Part shown: positions 38,443 through 51,470 of the stretch, one piece after another
How the letters are laid out: each line of letters opens with the position of its first letter
How positions within the stretch are numbered: the first letter of the stretch is position 1
Assembly (NCBI GenBank): GCA_964199315.1
Contig: OZ116701.1
Location: forward strand, 13,206,001-13,270,000
Reading direction: 5' to 3'
Source of the DNA: Orbicella franksi
Lineage: Eukaryota
Length of the DNA: 64,000 bases
Notes under the pieces: model-generated
What the model was told of the DNA's origin: nothing
The model's input: only the letters and a program-made list of their open reading frames with translations
Databases searched by the model: none
Program-made: the position numbers and the translations under genes

Positions 38443-39943
38443 CTAAAATACAAGAGAATATATCAGGTTAGCACCAAAATAACTGTGGCTAGGCCCCAAC
38501 CACATTTTCGTATTAAAACCAATTACTGTTACATAGATCTTTTCTCCTCTTTTCAATGAATGAGTTGCCAGTCATCGGATACCTGTGTTTGCACGAAGAA
38601 CTCTGGGATCGTCAGGGGGCAAACACTGTTAGTCGCTAGAAGGAAGTGTATGACGAAAAGTTGTTTCGAGGTATAAGAAAACGATTTTTGAGACAGATCA
38701 ACGCTTTTTCGCCGTCGTTTTTATCGCGAATGGATTTGGGCAATGTTGATATGTGGAATATGTAAGTTTTTATTTGAATAACCGTGAAATATATGACAAA
38801 ATCTACCGATAAACTCCATTGCTTGCGTGAGGTTTATTGTGAAATTTACATCGCGTAATGGTCTGAAAATATCACAAAATTAATTAGGTATAAATCGAGA
38901 AGAAATAACCCAGTAAAGCCTTTTAAGTTGCGTACAGGCTACTTTTGGCTTATTTGAAAGCTCAGTCATACAAATAACACTGGAAATAAGTCCGGCGGCG
39001 ATCATTGTACTGTCTGGGGTTGATTTAATGACAAACGAGTCCGCGCGACTCATGCTGTGTGGCTACTGTATTGCTCAAAGCCTTTGTTTTGCTTTTACAA
39101 GCACGTATTTCAGTGATTTTCCTATTCTATAACAGATCAAGGGTGGCTCCTTGAATATATCTCTGAGTATTTGTATTTAAAAGTGCCATTTGTGCGTGAT
39201 TGTGCTTTCCAAAGTATGGTATTGACGGTTGAGTGAAATTGCCCGACACAAAGGGTAGTAGTTTCTTCTGCAATTTTCGATTTCTGTTTTAGAGCTTCTT
39301 TTCTGTCTTTATATTTAACTTCTCGGAGGGTCTTTTCTACCATTTGCTCCGGGTAGCCTCTAGAGATCACGCTTGTATAGAAATTTTCAATATTCTCTTC
39401 AATGTATTTCACAATAAACCTCACGCAAGCAAAAGGGAGTTTATCGGTAAATGTTATCACTTATTTCACGGTTGTTCAAACAAAAACTTACATTTTCCAT
39501 GTATCAACATTGCCAAAATCCATTCGTGATAAAACAACGGCGAAAAAGCGTTGATCTCTTCCCAAAACCATGTTTTTGGGCGTCGAAACAACATTTCCCC
39601 ATACATTTCCTTCTAGCGACTTGCAATGTTTGCCCCCTGACGATCCCAGAGTTCTTTGCGCAAGCACGGGTATCCGATTACTAGCAACTCATTTATTGGA
39701 ATACGTCTCCAGCAAAACCGGTGGTCTCCTGTCCGGGCGACATATCCTTGTGAATCATCAAGAGAATGCGATTGTCGGCAAAAAGAGCCACACGGTTGTT
39801 ATTGTTGTGTGACCTTTTGTTGAAGTACATCTGCATATAAACATAGTAAAGACCACCCTCGGGCACTTGCAGTCTTCCATAAGCATACTCAAAGCGAGGC
39901 AACACATGGCTATTAGGGTGAGCAGCGTACCATGCGGTAATTA
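38443..39943 (-). pseudogene. TNF-superfamily ligand terminal exon, split by a TIR element
   Basis: Acceptor ttttag| at 39943, then ITAWYAAHPNSHVLPRFEYAYGRLQVPEGGLYYVYMQMYF...ETTGFAGDVFQ. Beyond the element the frame resumes as LKRGEKIYVTV...GPSHSYFGANLIYSLVF*, completing the TNF homology domain. Upstream exons were not found. Confidence 0.85.
38558..39694. mobile_element. 1.14-kb non-autonomous TIR element, copy 1 (ISL2EU/PHIS-like AT target duplication), carrying a Penelope RT fragment
   Basis: ~115-bp TIRs starting GAATGAGTTGCC; AT duplicated at 38556-57 and 39695-96; internal minus-strand SRGYPEQMVEKTLREVKY...RKEALKQK. Confidence 0.85.
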
Positions 39944-40510
39944 CTAAAATTAGTCAAGGAAACAAACGACATTGATATGTTTTTAATGAGCCATTATATA
40001 ACACAATTTAAGATTTCGAGGAATTCATTCCGAAACGAAATATATCATGCAATCATCTATTCTTTCCTTTTTAAAATATTTTAATAGTGACCCGTTGGCC
40101 TCCAAATCTAAACGCTTTCAAAAACACTCAGCCGGATCTTGGGAGTTCCTAAAGGGCCATTTCCGAGTACCCTTGTGCCTCTGTTTCAAAACGAGTCTTG
40201 GTTCCCGTACTTGTCAAAAAGATATTTAAGCTACGATAATTTGAAAAAAGATGTGCGATATTTATGTCGCCCAGCCCAGCTAAATTCCCGTGTGGACTTT
40301 TTTAAGATTTCTACGCGTCTTATAGAGTCAGTTTGACTTTCATTGAAATCTTTGTTCTCCACAACTTGAATAATGATGGACAGTAAGGGATTTTTTTTTC
40401 TTTTTTTTTTTTTTTTGCCTCGTTCCTAGCCTCAATGCGTCATAGGTATCATCAATGTGTCGACTATGGTATAGAATTAAATCGATCCCGACTCGCTTCT
40501 GTTTTAAGTA

Positions 40511-40686
40511 CAGTTGAACCCCGCTATTTCGAACTCGCGCAGGTGAAACGAAACACAGTACGAAATAGCGAGAGTTCGAAATAGCCGATAGTAAATGACT
40601 AAAGAGGAATTCCAAGAGAAATGGCTTTGGGTTCCAAATAACGGGGAACTTGAAATAAACGAGTTCGAATTAGCGGGGTTCAACTG
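40511..40686. mobile_element. Tc1/mariner-type MITE
   Basis: TA|CAGTTGAACCCCGCT...AGCGGGGTTCAACTG|TA. Confidence 0.85.
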
Positions 40687-41851
40687 TAATCTATTTTTAT
40701 TTCGTATTTCAATCTTCTTGGAAGAGAAATTTCACTTTCCTTGCGCGACAACGAACACTACAGAGAACAAAATTTTCGAACTGAAACAGAACGTTGCCCT
40801 ACTTTTCTAGCACCACACCGTCCATGCAGCTCACTGACCTCTCAAATTAGAAACCACCTTCCAAGTTGTGTTCAAGCAGCAACGCGTCCGACCGACTCAC
40901 TTTGATGAAATGCTTTCGCTGTCAATATTGGGATAGTTTAACTAGAAACACTCGCAATCTTGTTATGAAAACTAAACGATTTAGAATAAGTCTTCAAGAC
41001 TCCTAAATAATCATAATCTCTTGGCAGTAGTCAATAGCGTGCCGAAGTGTAGCTTTGTCAAGTGTAAGTTCGATTTCTAAATGTGATTGTAGCCTTTAAA
41101 TCCACGTGAAAGTCTGAGTTTATTGAGAACAAATTGTTGCGATGCAAAAAAATGGGCAGCAAAGGTTTACTCAACCAAACTCACGTTTCCTTCGAAGAGG
41201 TCACGTATTCTGTGGAACATTGTTTCTACAGCTGTTTGTTAGAATTGACATAGTCTACTTCAACAGCTGTCTGTAAGTCTCACTTTCTCAAGGCTGTTTT
41301 CATATGTAAAAAGTTGTTTAGAATACATTTACTTAAGAAACTTGAGGAAAAGCTGTGGAAACCAAACTTTTAGAAGTGACGAGGTCACGAATTTGATATT
41401 AAGACTTTAGTTAGCGTGATCTCTATTGATTTCATTGTGTTTGAAAATTCGCATCTTAATAATGACCCATATCCTGTCTCGTTTTCAGTCGTATAAGAGC
41501 ACCAGAGTAATTCGACTGCTATATTCCTTGAAAAGTCACTGGTAAATAATTACAAAGTCAACACTGAATTCTTAATGTCCATAAGCCTGTTAGGTTAACA
41601 ATATCTCATTTGCTAGTGACGATTATTGTATCGCCAATATCTTAAAGCTCGCAGTCTCTTGCAGATAACCTAGAAATTCAATCAGGACAAAGGAAAGATT
41701 TTAAGGTAATGCTTAATGTTCTGTTGTCCTTTTCTCCTGTTTTCCGTATCGCTTTGCCAAAATTAGCGCGGTAATACTTAGTTTTTTCTCACACAAAGAA
41801 GCAGGTGCAGAGACTTCTTTGCCTTTAAAACACGTACAGTTTTGATTATAT

Positions 41852-42141
41852 GAGAGGCGTGGTGGCCTCATGGTTAGTGCGCTCGTCTCCGGATCGGGCG
41901 GTCCGGGTTCAAGCCCTCACTGGGACATTGTGTTTTGTTCTTGGGCAAAACACTTTACTCTCAGTGTGCCTCTCTCCAACCAGGTGTATAAATGAGTACC
42001 GGCGAACTTAATGTTGAGGTAAGCCTGCGATGGACTAGCATCCCATCCAGGGGTAGTAGAAATAGTCCTAGTCGCTTCATCCTGCAGCGAAACCGGGATA
42101 AGCTTCGGCCTGATTGGCCACTTGGCTCGTAAGCAGACTTG
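41852..42141 (+). mobile_element. tRNA-derived SINE, family 1 (third duplicated copy)
   Basis: A and B boxes and shared flanks. Confidence 0.9.
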
Positions 42142-43199
42142 CCACTAAAATTTATTTTTCATTACCAGGTTAAGTAGGTAACTCATGTAACTCGGCCTGC
42201 GTTTGCTCTGACAGTAAGGTTTAGTCTTTACATAGTGGAGCTTTTGTGACTGTCACGTTCTTCACCCACGTCTTCAAGTTACTTTTATTAAAACATATAC
42301 AGTCTTTTGAAATATACGACGCATGGTCGAATAAGACCTTACTTCAAATGGCATGCAAAATTATACCTACCTATTTTAATCATATCATTCGATTTCGGTG
42401 TATGGTAAGCATCAGTTTAATCGTGATTTACTTGTCGAAGGCTTCAATTTTTTCTGTGAATTTTCACCACAAATAAAAATTTCTTGGAATGGAATCTTTC
42501 CCACTGTGAATTATTCCCAATTCCTTCCCAAACCAAATAGAAACAAACTCTCAGTGAATAAAATTGTCTGTACCTCCAAATCGTGACAACACAAATAGGT
42601 AAATTGATGATATTTCACTTCTTGCGCTCAGAATATATAGTTAAAAACTACTCTTTTAAAATATGTATTGTGATTCTATTGCCGATTTTGTCAGTCAGAA
42701 ACGCTACAAGTTCTACGAATACCAGTGTCGCTGCCGACATTTCTCATGTTTATAAATCTGCCCAGTGACGAAGAACCGAAAGCAAAACTACCCAACATTT
42801 TTTTAAGATGATGTTGTTATTTCAAACCATCCTCCCCTCACAAATAGAGCAACGATAGTAGATTCTTTTTCAAATTTCTGGGTGGAGGGTCTTTCAGACT
42901 GCTTTTTAGCAAAGTCGAAATTTTTATCGCAAAAAAAGGTTGTAATGCAGTGAATTAATTTTTGGTTTAATTAAATGATTTTTCCTCTCTGGGACAGGTC
43001 ATGTTGCTTTCGGTGACGTTTTTCGGATCCCTAATTCTGGTTAGCTCATTAGAACAGGCAAGTACAATATCCCTGTCCTGCCACTGGCTGAAACTCAGCT
43101 GTCATGCAGTCGTGATTACGTTAATCACAAACTGCCACACCTATATCAGACATTTTCTAAGGGTGTTTGCAGTGTCTGTTTTATGAGCTATGACTAATA

Positions 43200-44105
43200 T
43201 AATACTAGTATAATTTCAGAGCTGAACAAAGAGTTTCCAGCAATCTAATTGGTTCAGCGATCCCTTATATGACGTTTTATATAATAATTAAATGAATGCG
43301 CACGCTCTGATTGGTCAATCAGCTATGGTTTATTGTGCCAGTAAACTCATGGAAATTTCGCGTGTCTTCTGAATTATTATATAAAAGCATGCGGCTCGTG
43401 ATTTACGAATTCTTCGAGTGTTCTTCCAACATCGCAAGTGGTATATCAGCCTATAAACCATGAAAACTTGTGGTCTATTGCTTAAATATAAACCGCGTTA
43501 AGCGGTTTATATAACATTTTCCAGGCCTGACTACTAAGCTCGATACCTTGGCCATCTCGGCAAGTAAACATGGCGGACAGTAGGTGAATGAATTTTTCAT
43601 CTATTCGGAAGACATCACTCTAAGTCCAGGATATTTGAAAGGATGGAGAATTTTCAAAATGACTGCTGTCTTCCTTGCACCAAAAATTCTTTCAAGGACT
43701 CGTGTTCAAGGAAGTTAAGAATCGTAAACGCAGTGGTCACGTTGATTGCCAGCAGGTCAGGGTCGATTGACCGAAATCTGTTTTTCTCCAAACTGAATGC
43801 TACTCATTTTGAGACGATGATGACAACTGTGGATGAAGTCAACAGCGATAAAACAAAGGTACCGGATGAACTTATTTTTCGTAGTGTTTTGCTTATTTGT
43901 TTTAATGCAGAACTCGATGAGTTAGCTGATTCACAATCGATGTAAACTTACATGTAAGCTCCTTATTAAAACTATTCGGCTGCATACGTGCATGCAAACG
44001 AACAATTGCGTCCCTGTTTTTATGTTTCAGTCCGTTATTCTCTGTTGTTCAGTTCTGAAATCATACTAAAACAATTATTCACCTCGCCTTCGGCGAGTAA
44101 TTGTT
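43200..44105. mobile_element. Non-autonomous element(s) ending in a GC hairpin (Helitron/Helentron-like end)
   Basis: Block absent from the copy-1 equivalent; ends aattattcacctcgccttcggcgagtaattgtt. Confidence 0.35.
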
Positions 44106-44273
44106 AAATAGTAATTACACTTTAGTAATACTGTGGTCATGCAACCGAATATCAGAAGCATTTTTGCCTCACAAATTCTTAGATGTGAAAAAAAGAACAG
44201 AAGCACGAAAAACTTACAGGAGGCCACTTAAAAAACCAGTTAGGAAATAATCACTTTATATACTGAAACACAG

Positions 44274-45536
44274 GTAAGCTCTTTTCGTCTTGGGGATGTT
44301 GTCCCGAGTGTTGGTGCGACTTCATGCAAAGAGATTCATGACGAATACCGGTAAGTTTTGAAAAAATGTATACATGTAGATCTGCGCTTGGAATATCGGC
44401 CCGAGAAGACCAAGGGGCAAAATTTTCCTAGTATGGTCCAGAACAAACATTAATAAGAGATTTATAACATGACTGAAAATATCTAAAAAAAAATTCCACG
44501 ATCACAGACTGGAAAAACACCATAAACTTCCATCCCGCAATTCTGAGATTCGATTCGAGCAATCTGATTGGTGGATTTTAGTTATCAGCCCTCTGATTAG
44601 TAGTGTAATAAAATGAAGGTACCTAACACGTGATGAGCTTTACTTCCAATAGTTATAATAGCATGTAAAAAAAAAACAAATACAATACAAATTAAAAGTT
44701 AATGCATTATTTGAATTTTTTTTTAAAGAACAACTGAAAACAAAGCCTACATGCTCCAGTTTGGCGGCCAAAATGTTTCTGTCTACTGTAGTATGGATGG
44801 AACTGATCTTGGCGACTGTGGCTGTGGGGGATGGACGCTGGTCATGAAGATTGACGGCTCTAAGGTATTTTAAACGCCAAAGTTTTATAAAGAACTAAAC
44901 GCCATTACCACATCTGGGGATCTTGGTGGAACGTCCCATAACGTTATTGTTGTGGAAAACACTGTACATGTACTTTTGCCGTGTTCGTTGAGTTGACTCT
45001 TCAATTTGATCTTGCAGCGGACGTTTCATTACGATTCGTCTTACTGGACCGACAAGAAAGCATATGGCATCCCTGAAGGAGAAACAGGTTTAGATCAGAA
45101 AGAAACAAAGCTACCAACCTACTGGAACACACCATTTACCAGGATCTGTCTCGGCATGAAGACTGGAGACGAAACTAGGTTCATTCTTCTCGGCCAGAAG
45201 GCCAGCTCGCTCTACTCCCTGATTCAAGATGGTAAATACCGCCCCACTTCACTGGGTCGTGACACTTGGAAGAATTTGATCGGTCCTGAGGCCTCCCTGC
45301 AGGGCAACTGCAACAGAGAAGGATTTAATGTTAAACCTGACGATTCCGTTCATTCTAAGGCACGAATTGGTTATATTGCTAATCAAGAAAATGATTGCAA
45401 TAGCCCTGACTCCAGGATTGGGTTCGGCACTGGAGGGAAGCACGACGACTCCAACACGTGTGGAAACGAGGCTACGTATGATCCAGACAACGGAGTCAAA
45501 CACATCAAGGCCATGGGGTATATCTTGGTTCAGTGA
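44274..45536 (+). CDS. USOMP5: USOMP5-like protein copy 3 (chimeric), join(44274..44350,44729..44864,45018..45536)
   Basis: Fused exon VSSFRLGDVVPSVGATSCKEIHDEYR, followed by intact 136-nt and 519-nt exons. The homologous upstream exon 41594-41705 contains TAA, so function is uncertain. Confidence 0.75.
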
Positions 45537-47436
45537 AGTGAAGCAAACTGAAGTGATCATGAACTGAACTTCCAGTGATCAGCGTGAAATGTTATGATTG
45601 ATAGTTCATTAAATTTTAAACCTTACAGTACAAAACTAAATTATGGGTTATGAATTAAGGCTATACATAACAGATTAAGAAAATAAAAAAATATATTACA
45701 AAGGATTCAAATTGACTATCGTCTTATTTGCAGTGGCTATATATGAAACAGTTCTGCATTCTGTTTGTTCTACATGTAGACAATTGAAGGCGGTATACGT
45801 CATCGGCGGAGGTAAAAATGTCGTAGCTTGTGATCGTGGTTATTAAAATAGGGCCTTCCAAAAAAAAAACTCTACTTTTTCAATGTTGAGGACCGGGCCT
45901 ATAGGAAATGGTACTCATTTATAGGAAGTGGTTACATGTAGTTTCTAACTGAACTGCAATGATGGGTCGGAAGCATGTGACACTCTTGGTTGATTACAAA
46001 CTCGACAATGACGTTATACGTATTGAAAAGCTGACGTCTCGATGTTTAGCCCTACGAGCCCACCACTCAACGACTGCATACAACCTTCCGGCCCTCCCTC
46101 CTCCTCTCAGCCTTTCACCTTTCACCTACCGATCCCTTTCCTTACATATGTCACTCTTTACCTACCCGTCCCTGTCCAGTTCTTTTGTTATTGTCGTCAG
46201 ACTCGTCCCGCGATGTGCATTATAATTTCACAAATATTTTCAGATAAGTCACTTAAGGGACTTCTCTGTTAGAGACGTGATCTCTTTGTTAGGGAGGTCA
46301 TTTGTGCTTTAAAATCTAGAGAAGTAATCAAATAATGCACATACTTATATACTTTATTGAGCAGCAATTGAACCTCCTTAATGGGGGCTTCACGAACACT
46401 AAATTTAAAAGAGATTCCCACATTTACAGTAATAAGATATATTGCAGTTTAATAAGAGCTATAAGATAACAACATAAATTTGCATCAAAATCACTCTAAA
46501 AAGCGTTAAAAAGAAATAGTTAAGATGCTAAGAGTCCAAGAATTTCTTAACAAGAGCTTATGTTTCAAGGTCTTTTTGAAAAATGTCACAGTAGGCTATG
46601 GTGTTGTTCGTTTTATTTGTTTTTTTTTGTTTGTTTGTTGTTGTTGTTTTTCGTTTTTACGTATTAGTCTTTGTTACTTTCGAGGCGAATTTTATTTGGT
46701 GATGCAGGCAGCGTTCTCTTGTGCTGCAGTGCTATGACCGCTTTGTCGCTCAGAGAGGTTGCGTGGATGTCGTAAGTGTTGTTGCGATTGCTGAAATAAG
46801 GAGTTGTTACTTGCGTCGCCGTGACAAGATCCCTCTAGTTCACCCTACAAAACGCGTGATATTGTTGTCAGCAAAACATGTTTAACTAAAAAAGGAGTGT
46901 TAGCCTTCGGATACAAACAAGGATTTAGCCTGAGCAATGTGAAGACTATGAAATAAAAACGAGACTATAGCTAATAGTTACAGCAACAGGTTGGCGTTGC
47001 TACATTGAACACTTGACAAATTGCATATAAGCATATAAAATATCCGTTTTTTAGGACAACGATTTATGCGGGCAACTATCGGACTAAGTAAGCCCTCGAG
47101 AGAAAAACTGAATTGTTTACATATTACACCGGACAGCTCAACCAGTGCCAATATTGAAAAACAAGAAAAAAATTCTTCTAAAACTCAAAAGAGCAACAAA
47201 AGTGTTTTCTATTTCTTAAACTAAAGCAAAATCCAAATAATTAAAAGGAACAGAGTGATCTGAATCAAGCACTCACTTATTTCTAAGACACGAGCGACGC
47301 AGGTAAAATGTAACTAGTAACGGATTGGGTTGCAAGGTGTCTACTTCCTTTCTATTCCTGGTTACGCACGAGAGGCATTCACCGGAAATGACGCCATGGA
47401 CATGACGCAGCGTAAATCATCCATGTTTATAACATC

Positions 47437-50400
47437 ATGTCGGAAGAAGGCGCAGATGAAACGTGCGATCAAACAGGACACAACTCTAGACAAGTAAGTT
47501 ATTCAGTCGATTGAAACCAAGCCTTTCTCTAAATTACAAATCTGATGGGCTTTACATAACACATTTGCGGACCCACAGCAACACGAAACATCACGCGACA
47601 TCACGCCACCAAAACAAAAGTAAACATTTCAAGCATTACTGTTGCGATATTAAACCTCAAACCCGATCATATTGCTCATGAATCGTTAGAAAAATCCAAC
47701 GTTTGACTTGATTCTAATGAAGCTGTATGACGAGAAACAACTTTGCTAGTATAGTTAAGGTACTATGTTTCTCATGCTGTATTTGCAAGAGAGGTTTACT
47801 TCGGCAGCCATATTTACTTCGTGACCACTGGACCGCAAATCATGTAGGAAAACCATTTACACAACTAGTGGCTTCATACAGGAATTGCACCTCGCTAAAA
47901 TGCACTCCAGTTTAATAGCATAAAAACCACTTTGGTTAGCTTAACAGCACTGCGGTCAGCCTGACTAACGCTTTATGATCCAGTTAGCTTAGGTTAATGC
48001 TGACTTACAAGGAATACACTATTAATACTGAACTCTATATGATACTTTCTTGTACTTACACGTTGCTACATGCTTTACACAGAATTAATAACTAAATTGA
48101 GCTGTGGACAACTGACGGAGCTTAAAGCGAGAAATAATTGAGATTTTGTCGTTTAACAAGTGTTGCAATGCCGTCTGGAAAGATATTTGGATCCTTTGCT
48201 GTTATTTATTGTTCTAAGAGAAGGGTCCAATATTGCCTGTCCCTACAGACAATTATAATTTTTGTTATTGTCTGATTGTCCTACTAAGATACACACAATA
48301 AAGGGAGTGGGGTGGGGAAGAAAAATCTTTGATAACTTTTCCAATATTTAAGTAAAAGCCTTCAAACTTGTCGGCATATAAAGCTGAAATTTGTCAGGAA
48401 ACAATTTATTATGACATTTCCTTGTTCATGTACTTGTAACTTCATGTTTACATGGCAAAAAAGTTTGACAGTTTTCCTTTTATTTCAAAATATGGAATAA
48501 CCTTGTTTTTATTAACAAAATTGTACACCCAGGTATTAGCAGTAGCAGCAAATTAATGCTGGGGAGGTTGTGGCCCTGCTAGGTCAGTAATTATAATTGC
48601 AAAAGCACTATTAAACCTTTAGATGGCTATTAAGATATGATTTATGAATCAAGGAGATAAACTTTGCAAGAACTTATTGCAGACATTTGAACTAAACATA
48701 TTATGCAAGGTGGTGAAATATAAATACACACTGTAGTGGTTAATGAGAGCCACCCTAATGAAATTAGTGTTAGCTTTNNNNNNNNNNNNNNNNNNNNNNN
48801 NNNNNNNNNNNNNNNNNNNNNNNNNNNNNNNNNNNNNNNNNNNNNNNNNNNNNNNNNNNNNNNNNNNNNNNNNNNNNNNNNNNNNNNNNNNNNNNNNNNN
48901 NNNNNNNNNNNNNNNNNNNNNNNNNNNNNNNNNNNNNNNNNNNNNNNNNNNNNNNNNNNNNNNNNNNNNNAAGATTATGAGTGCATTCGGCCTTAAATGA
49001 TTTCACTAGCTGACTTTCAACCTCTGTCTATAGCTAAAATCAACATTTTTCGTCAACAACGAGGATTTATACACATACATATCATAGTGTCAAAGTTCAT
49101 GCCAATGAACAGGTCCCCTGTATAAACTACAATTTGTTGATACATTGTGTGACAGCGCCAGTTTCCGCAGACTCACAAAAATATTTACATTATTTCGTGC
49201 TAAATATTTTCCCATGAACTGGTAATCTTTAAGCGTAAAAAGCTAATTTGAAAAAGTATATATTTTTTACGTACATTGTTTTAAGCTGGGAGCAGAAATA
49301 TAAGCAAACATTTGTAATCGCACACTTGTTTATCGTAAACAAACTCTGTGCGACTGATTCGAATATTTCCTCTGATGAATGAGAGTAGACAGCATGTTTA
49401 CATTGTCCTCCCTTGGTTCAGGCTCACTTTTCTGGATCTTACCTTTAGAGTACTTTTCTACTGATTCCAAACTACATTTGACTGGATAAAGACTGAGCTA
49501 TCTGTCGTGACTGGAACTAAGTAGCAAGTGCGATCAAACTACAGCCAATGAAATATAACTGTTCCCATGGTTAACATCCCAAAGCCAAAGCGATTCAAAG
49601 TCCTGTTCGTGAGCAAGTATATTAAACTACAAAACCACGCGGTAGTCTCTAGCTTTAGAAATCTGCTTTACAATGCTCAGACTTGCTCAGACTACCACAG
49701 AACCACAAGGTGCACGATAGTCTTTGCGCATATGACATAACATATGATGCCAGTCAATTAATGGCCCAGAAAATGCAGAAGCTCAACAAAAAAGTCTCAA
49801 AAGAAGTCACCCTTAAAACCACAGGACACCGAAGATTATGAACTATGTTCTGCAAAAGCGATTTGTAAACATAATTGGACTTATTCTTTGGAGTACAATT
49901 CAGGAAGTAATAGCGCAAGTAATTTCAAAATTGGACAAGCACAAAGCATGACGCCGATTTGAAAGTACGAGCATGATTACCTCCTGAATTGTACGAAATA
50001 AGGTCCAATTACTAATTAATCGCATCGATAACAAATTTACACATTAAAGAAGTCTTTTGAGAACTTAGTTTGAGCGAAAGAGCGAGTGGCACTTTCTATA
50101 AGTTTTAGGACATATCCAATTACGAGTATCCAATAACAAAAAGTTGTAATTGGACAGCCATGTGATCATGTGCCGATTACGTGACAAAAAGGCACCCAGA
50201 GAACCAATCACAGTCGACAATTGTGTAATAGATATTATCAAAGGTGTAATCTGGTGAAACACTATTGGTTACAATCTGAATTTCATTATGATATGTACTG
50301 CATCATCAGGAACCAAAATATATAATTGTCTCTGCTATTATAGCACAATTACCTTTATAAATTACAGACAACAACATTTTCCTGAAGATTTTAGCCCTTA

Positions 50401-51467
50401 ATCTACAGTCCAGCTAGTTATGGGAAAAAAAACAGACTTCTTGCTCAGGGTCTCAACAGAATTAACAAGGAAAACATAGTAAGGAAAAGTCAGGTTAATC
50501 CTAATGAAGTTGTATATTCCTTGTATAGGAAGATAAAGCTTCAGATAAAGGAAAAGAATCTGTGCTTCATCATGATGCTGAGTGTGGTCCTTCAACAAAA
50601 ACAAGTACTTCAGCAACCAGTGCTGGTTCCCACAATGAAAGCAGTCCTCTAGTGAAGACTTCAGACACTTCTAGTAGTGAAGACAATCCTTCAGTGAGCA
50701 GTAGGGACACTTCCACTAATGAGGACAAGCCTGCAGTGAAAAGTAACGACACTTCCAGTGATGAGGATAAGCCTCTAGCGAACAGTAACAGCCCTTCCAG
50801 CAATGAGCACAATCCTCCAGCAAGCAATACGGACACTTCCAGCAATGAGGACAAGCCCTCAGTGAACAGTAACGACACCTACAGTAATGAGGACAATCCT
50901 CCAGGGAACAATAAGGATATTTCTTGCAATGGCGACAATCCTTCAGCAAGTAGTAACAACACTTCCAGCAATGGGGAAAATCTTCCTGTAAGCAATAAGG
51001 AGACCTCCAGCAATAGGGACAATCCTCCAGCAAGCAGTAAGGACACTTCCACCAATGAGGACAAGCCTCCAGTGAACAGTAAAGACGCTTCCAGCAATAG
51101 AGACAAACCTCCAGAGAGCAGTAACAATACTTCCAGCAACGAGGACAAGCCTTCAATGAAGAGTATGGACGCTTCCAGTGTCAAGGATCAGCCTGTAGTG
51201 AATCATGCAGACACTTCCAACAATGAGCGCAATCCTCCCGTGAACAGTAAAGACAGCTCCAGCAATGACGAGAGGCCGTCAGTAAACAGTAAGGACTCCT
51301 CAAGCAAAGGAGACAAGCCTCCAAGGAGAAAAAGGCGATCTGAAAAATCTGGATATTTTGGAGGCTCCATGTTTTCATGGCTACAGAGTGCCGGAAATGC
51401 TGCCATTGGTGAGATTACTGAAGGGATTGCAGCCATAGGAGCAAAGATGTTTGTATGTCTCAATTAA
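47437..51467 (+). CDS. Acidic-repeat/ISG12-tail protein A, join(47437..47493,50529..51467), about 331 aa
   Basis: Exon 1 MSEEGADETCDQTGHNSRQ|gtaagt (phase 0) follows a CpG-rich region with CCGGAAAT and TGACG motifs. The phase-0 acceptor ttgtatag| opens about 16 x 14-aa repeats, then RRKRR and an ISG12 C-terminal piece (MFSWLQSAGNAAIG...AKMFVCLN). The link crosses an N gap. Confidence 0.65.
48778..48970. other. Assembly gap (Ns)
   Basis: Run of N. Confidence 1.
50640..51320 (+). repeat. Coding tandem repeat, 42-bp/14-aa unit (consensus near TSSNEDKPPVNSKD)
   Basis: About 16 diverged units can be read in the ORF 50562..51467. Confidence 0.9.
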
Positions 51468-51470
51468 TAA

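Noticed and set aside
40801-40900. TPSMQLT patch resembling the TNF 'PSAHLT' strand
   Set aside because: It is on the opposite strand to the TNF exon.
48736-49006. ORFs spanning X residues
   Set aside because: They are artefacts of the N gap.
50570-51463. Several minus-strand Leu- or Cys-rich ORFs
   Set aside because: They are antisense shadows of the 42-bp coding repeat.
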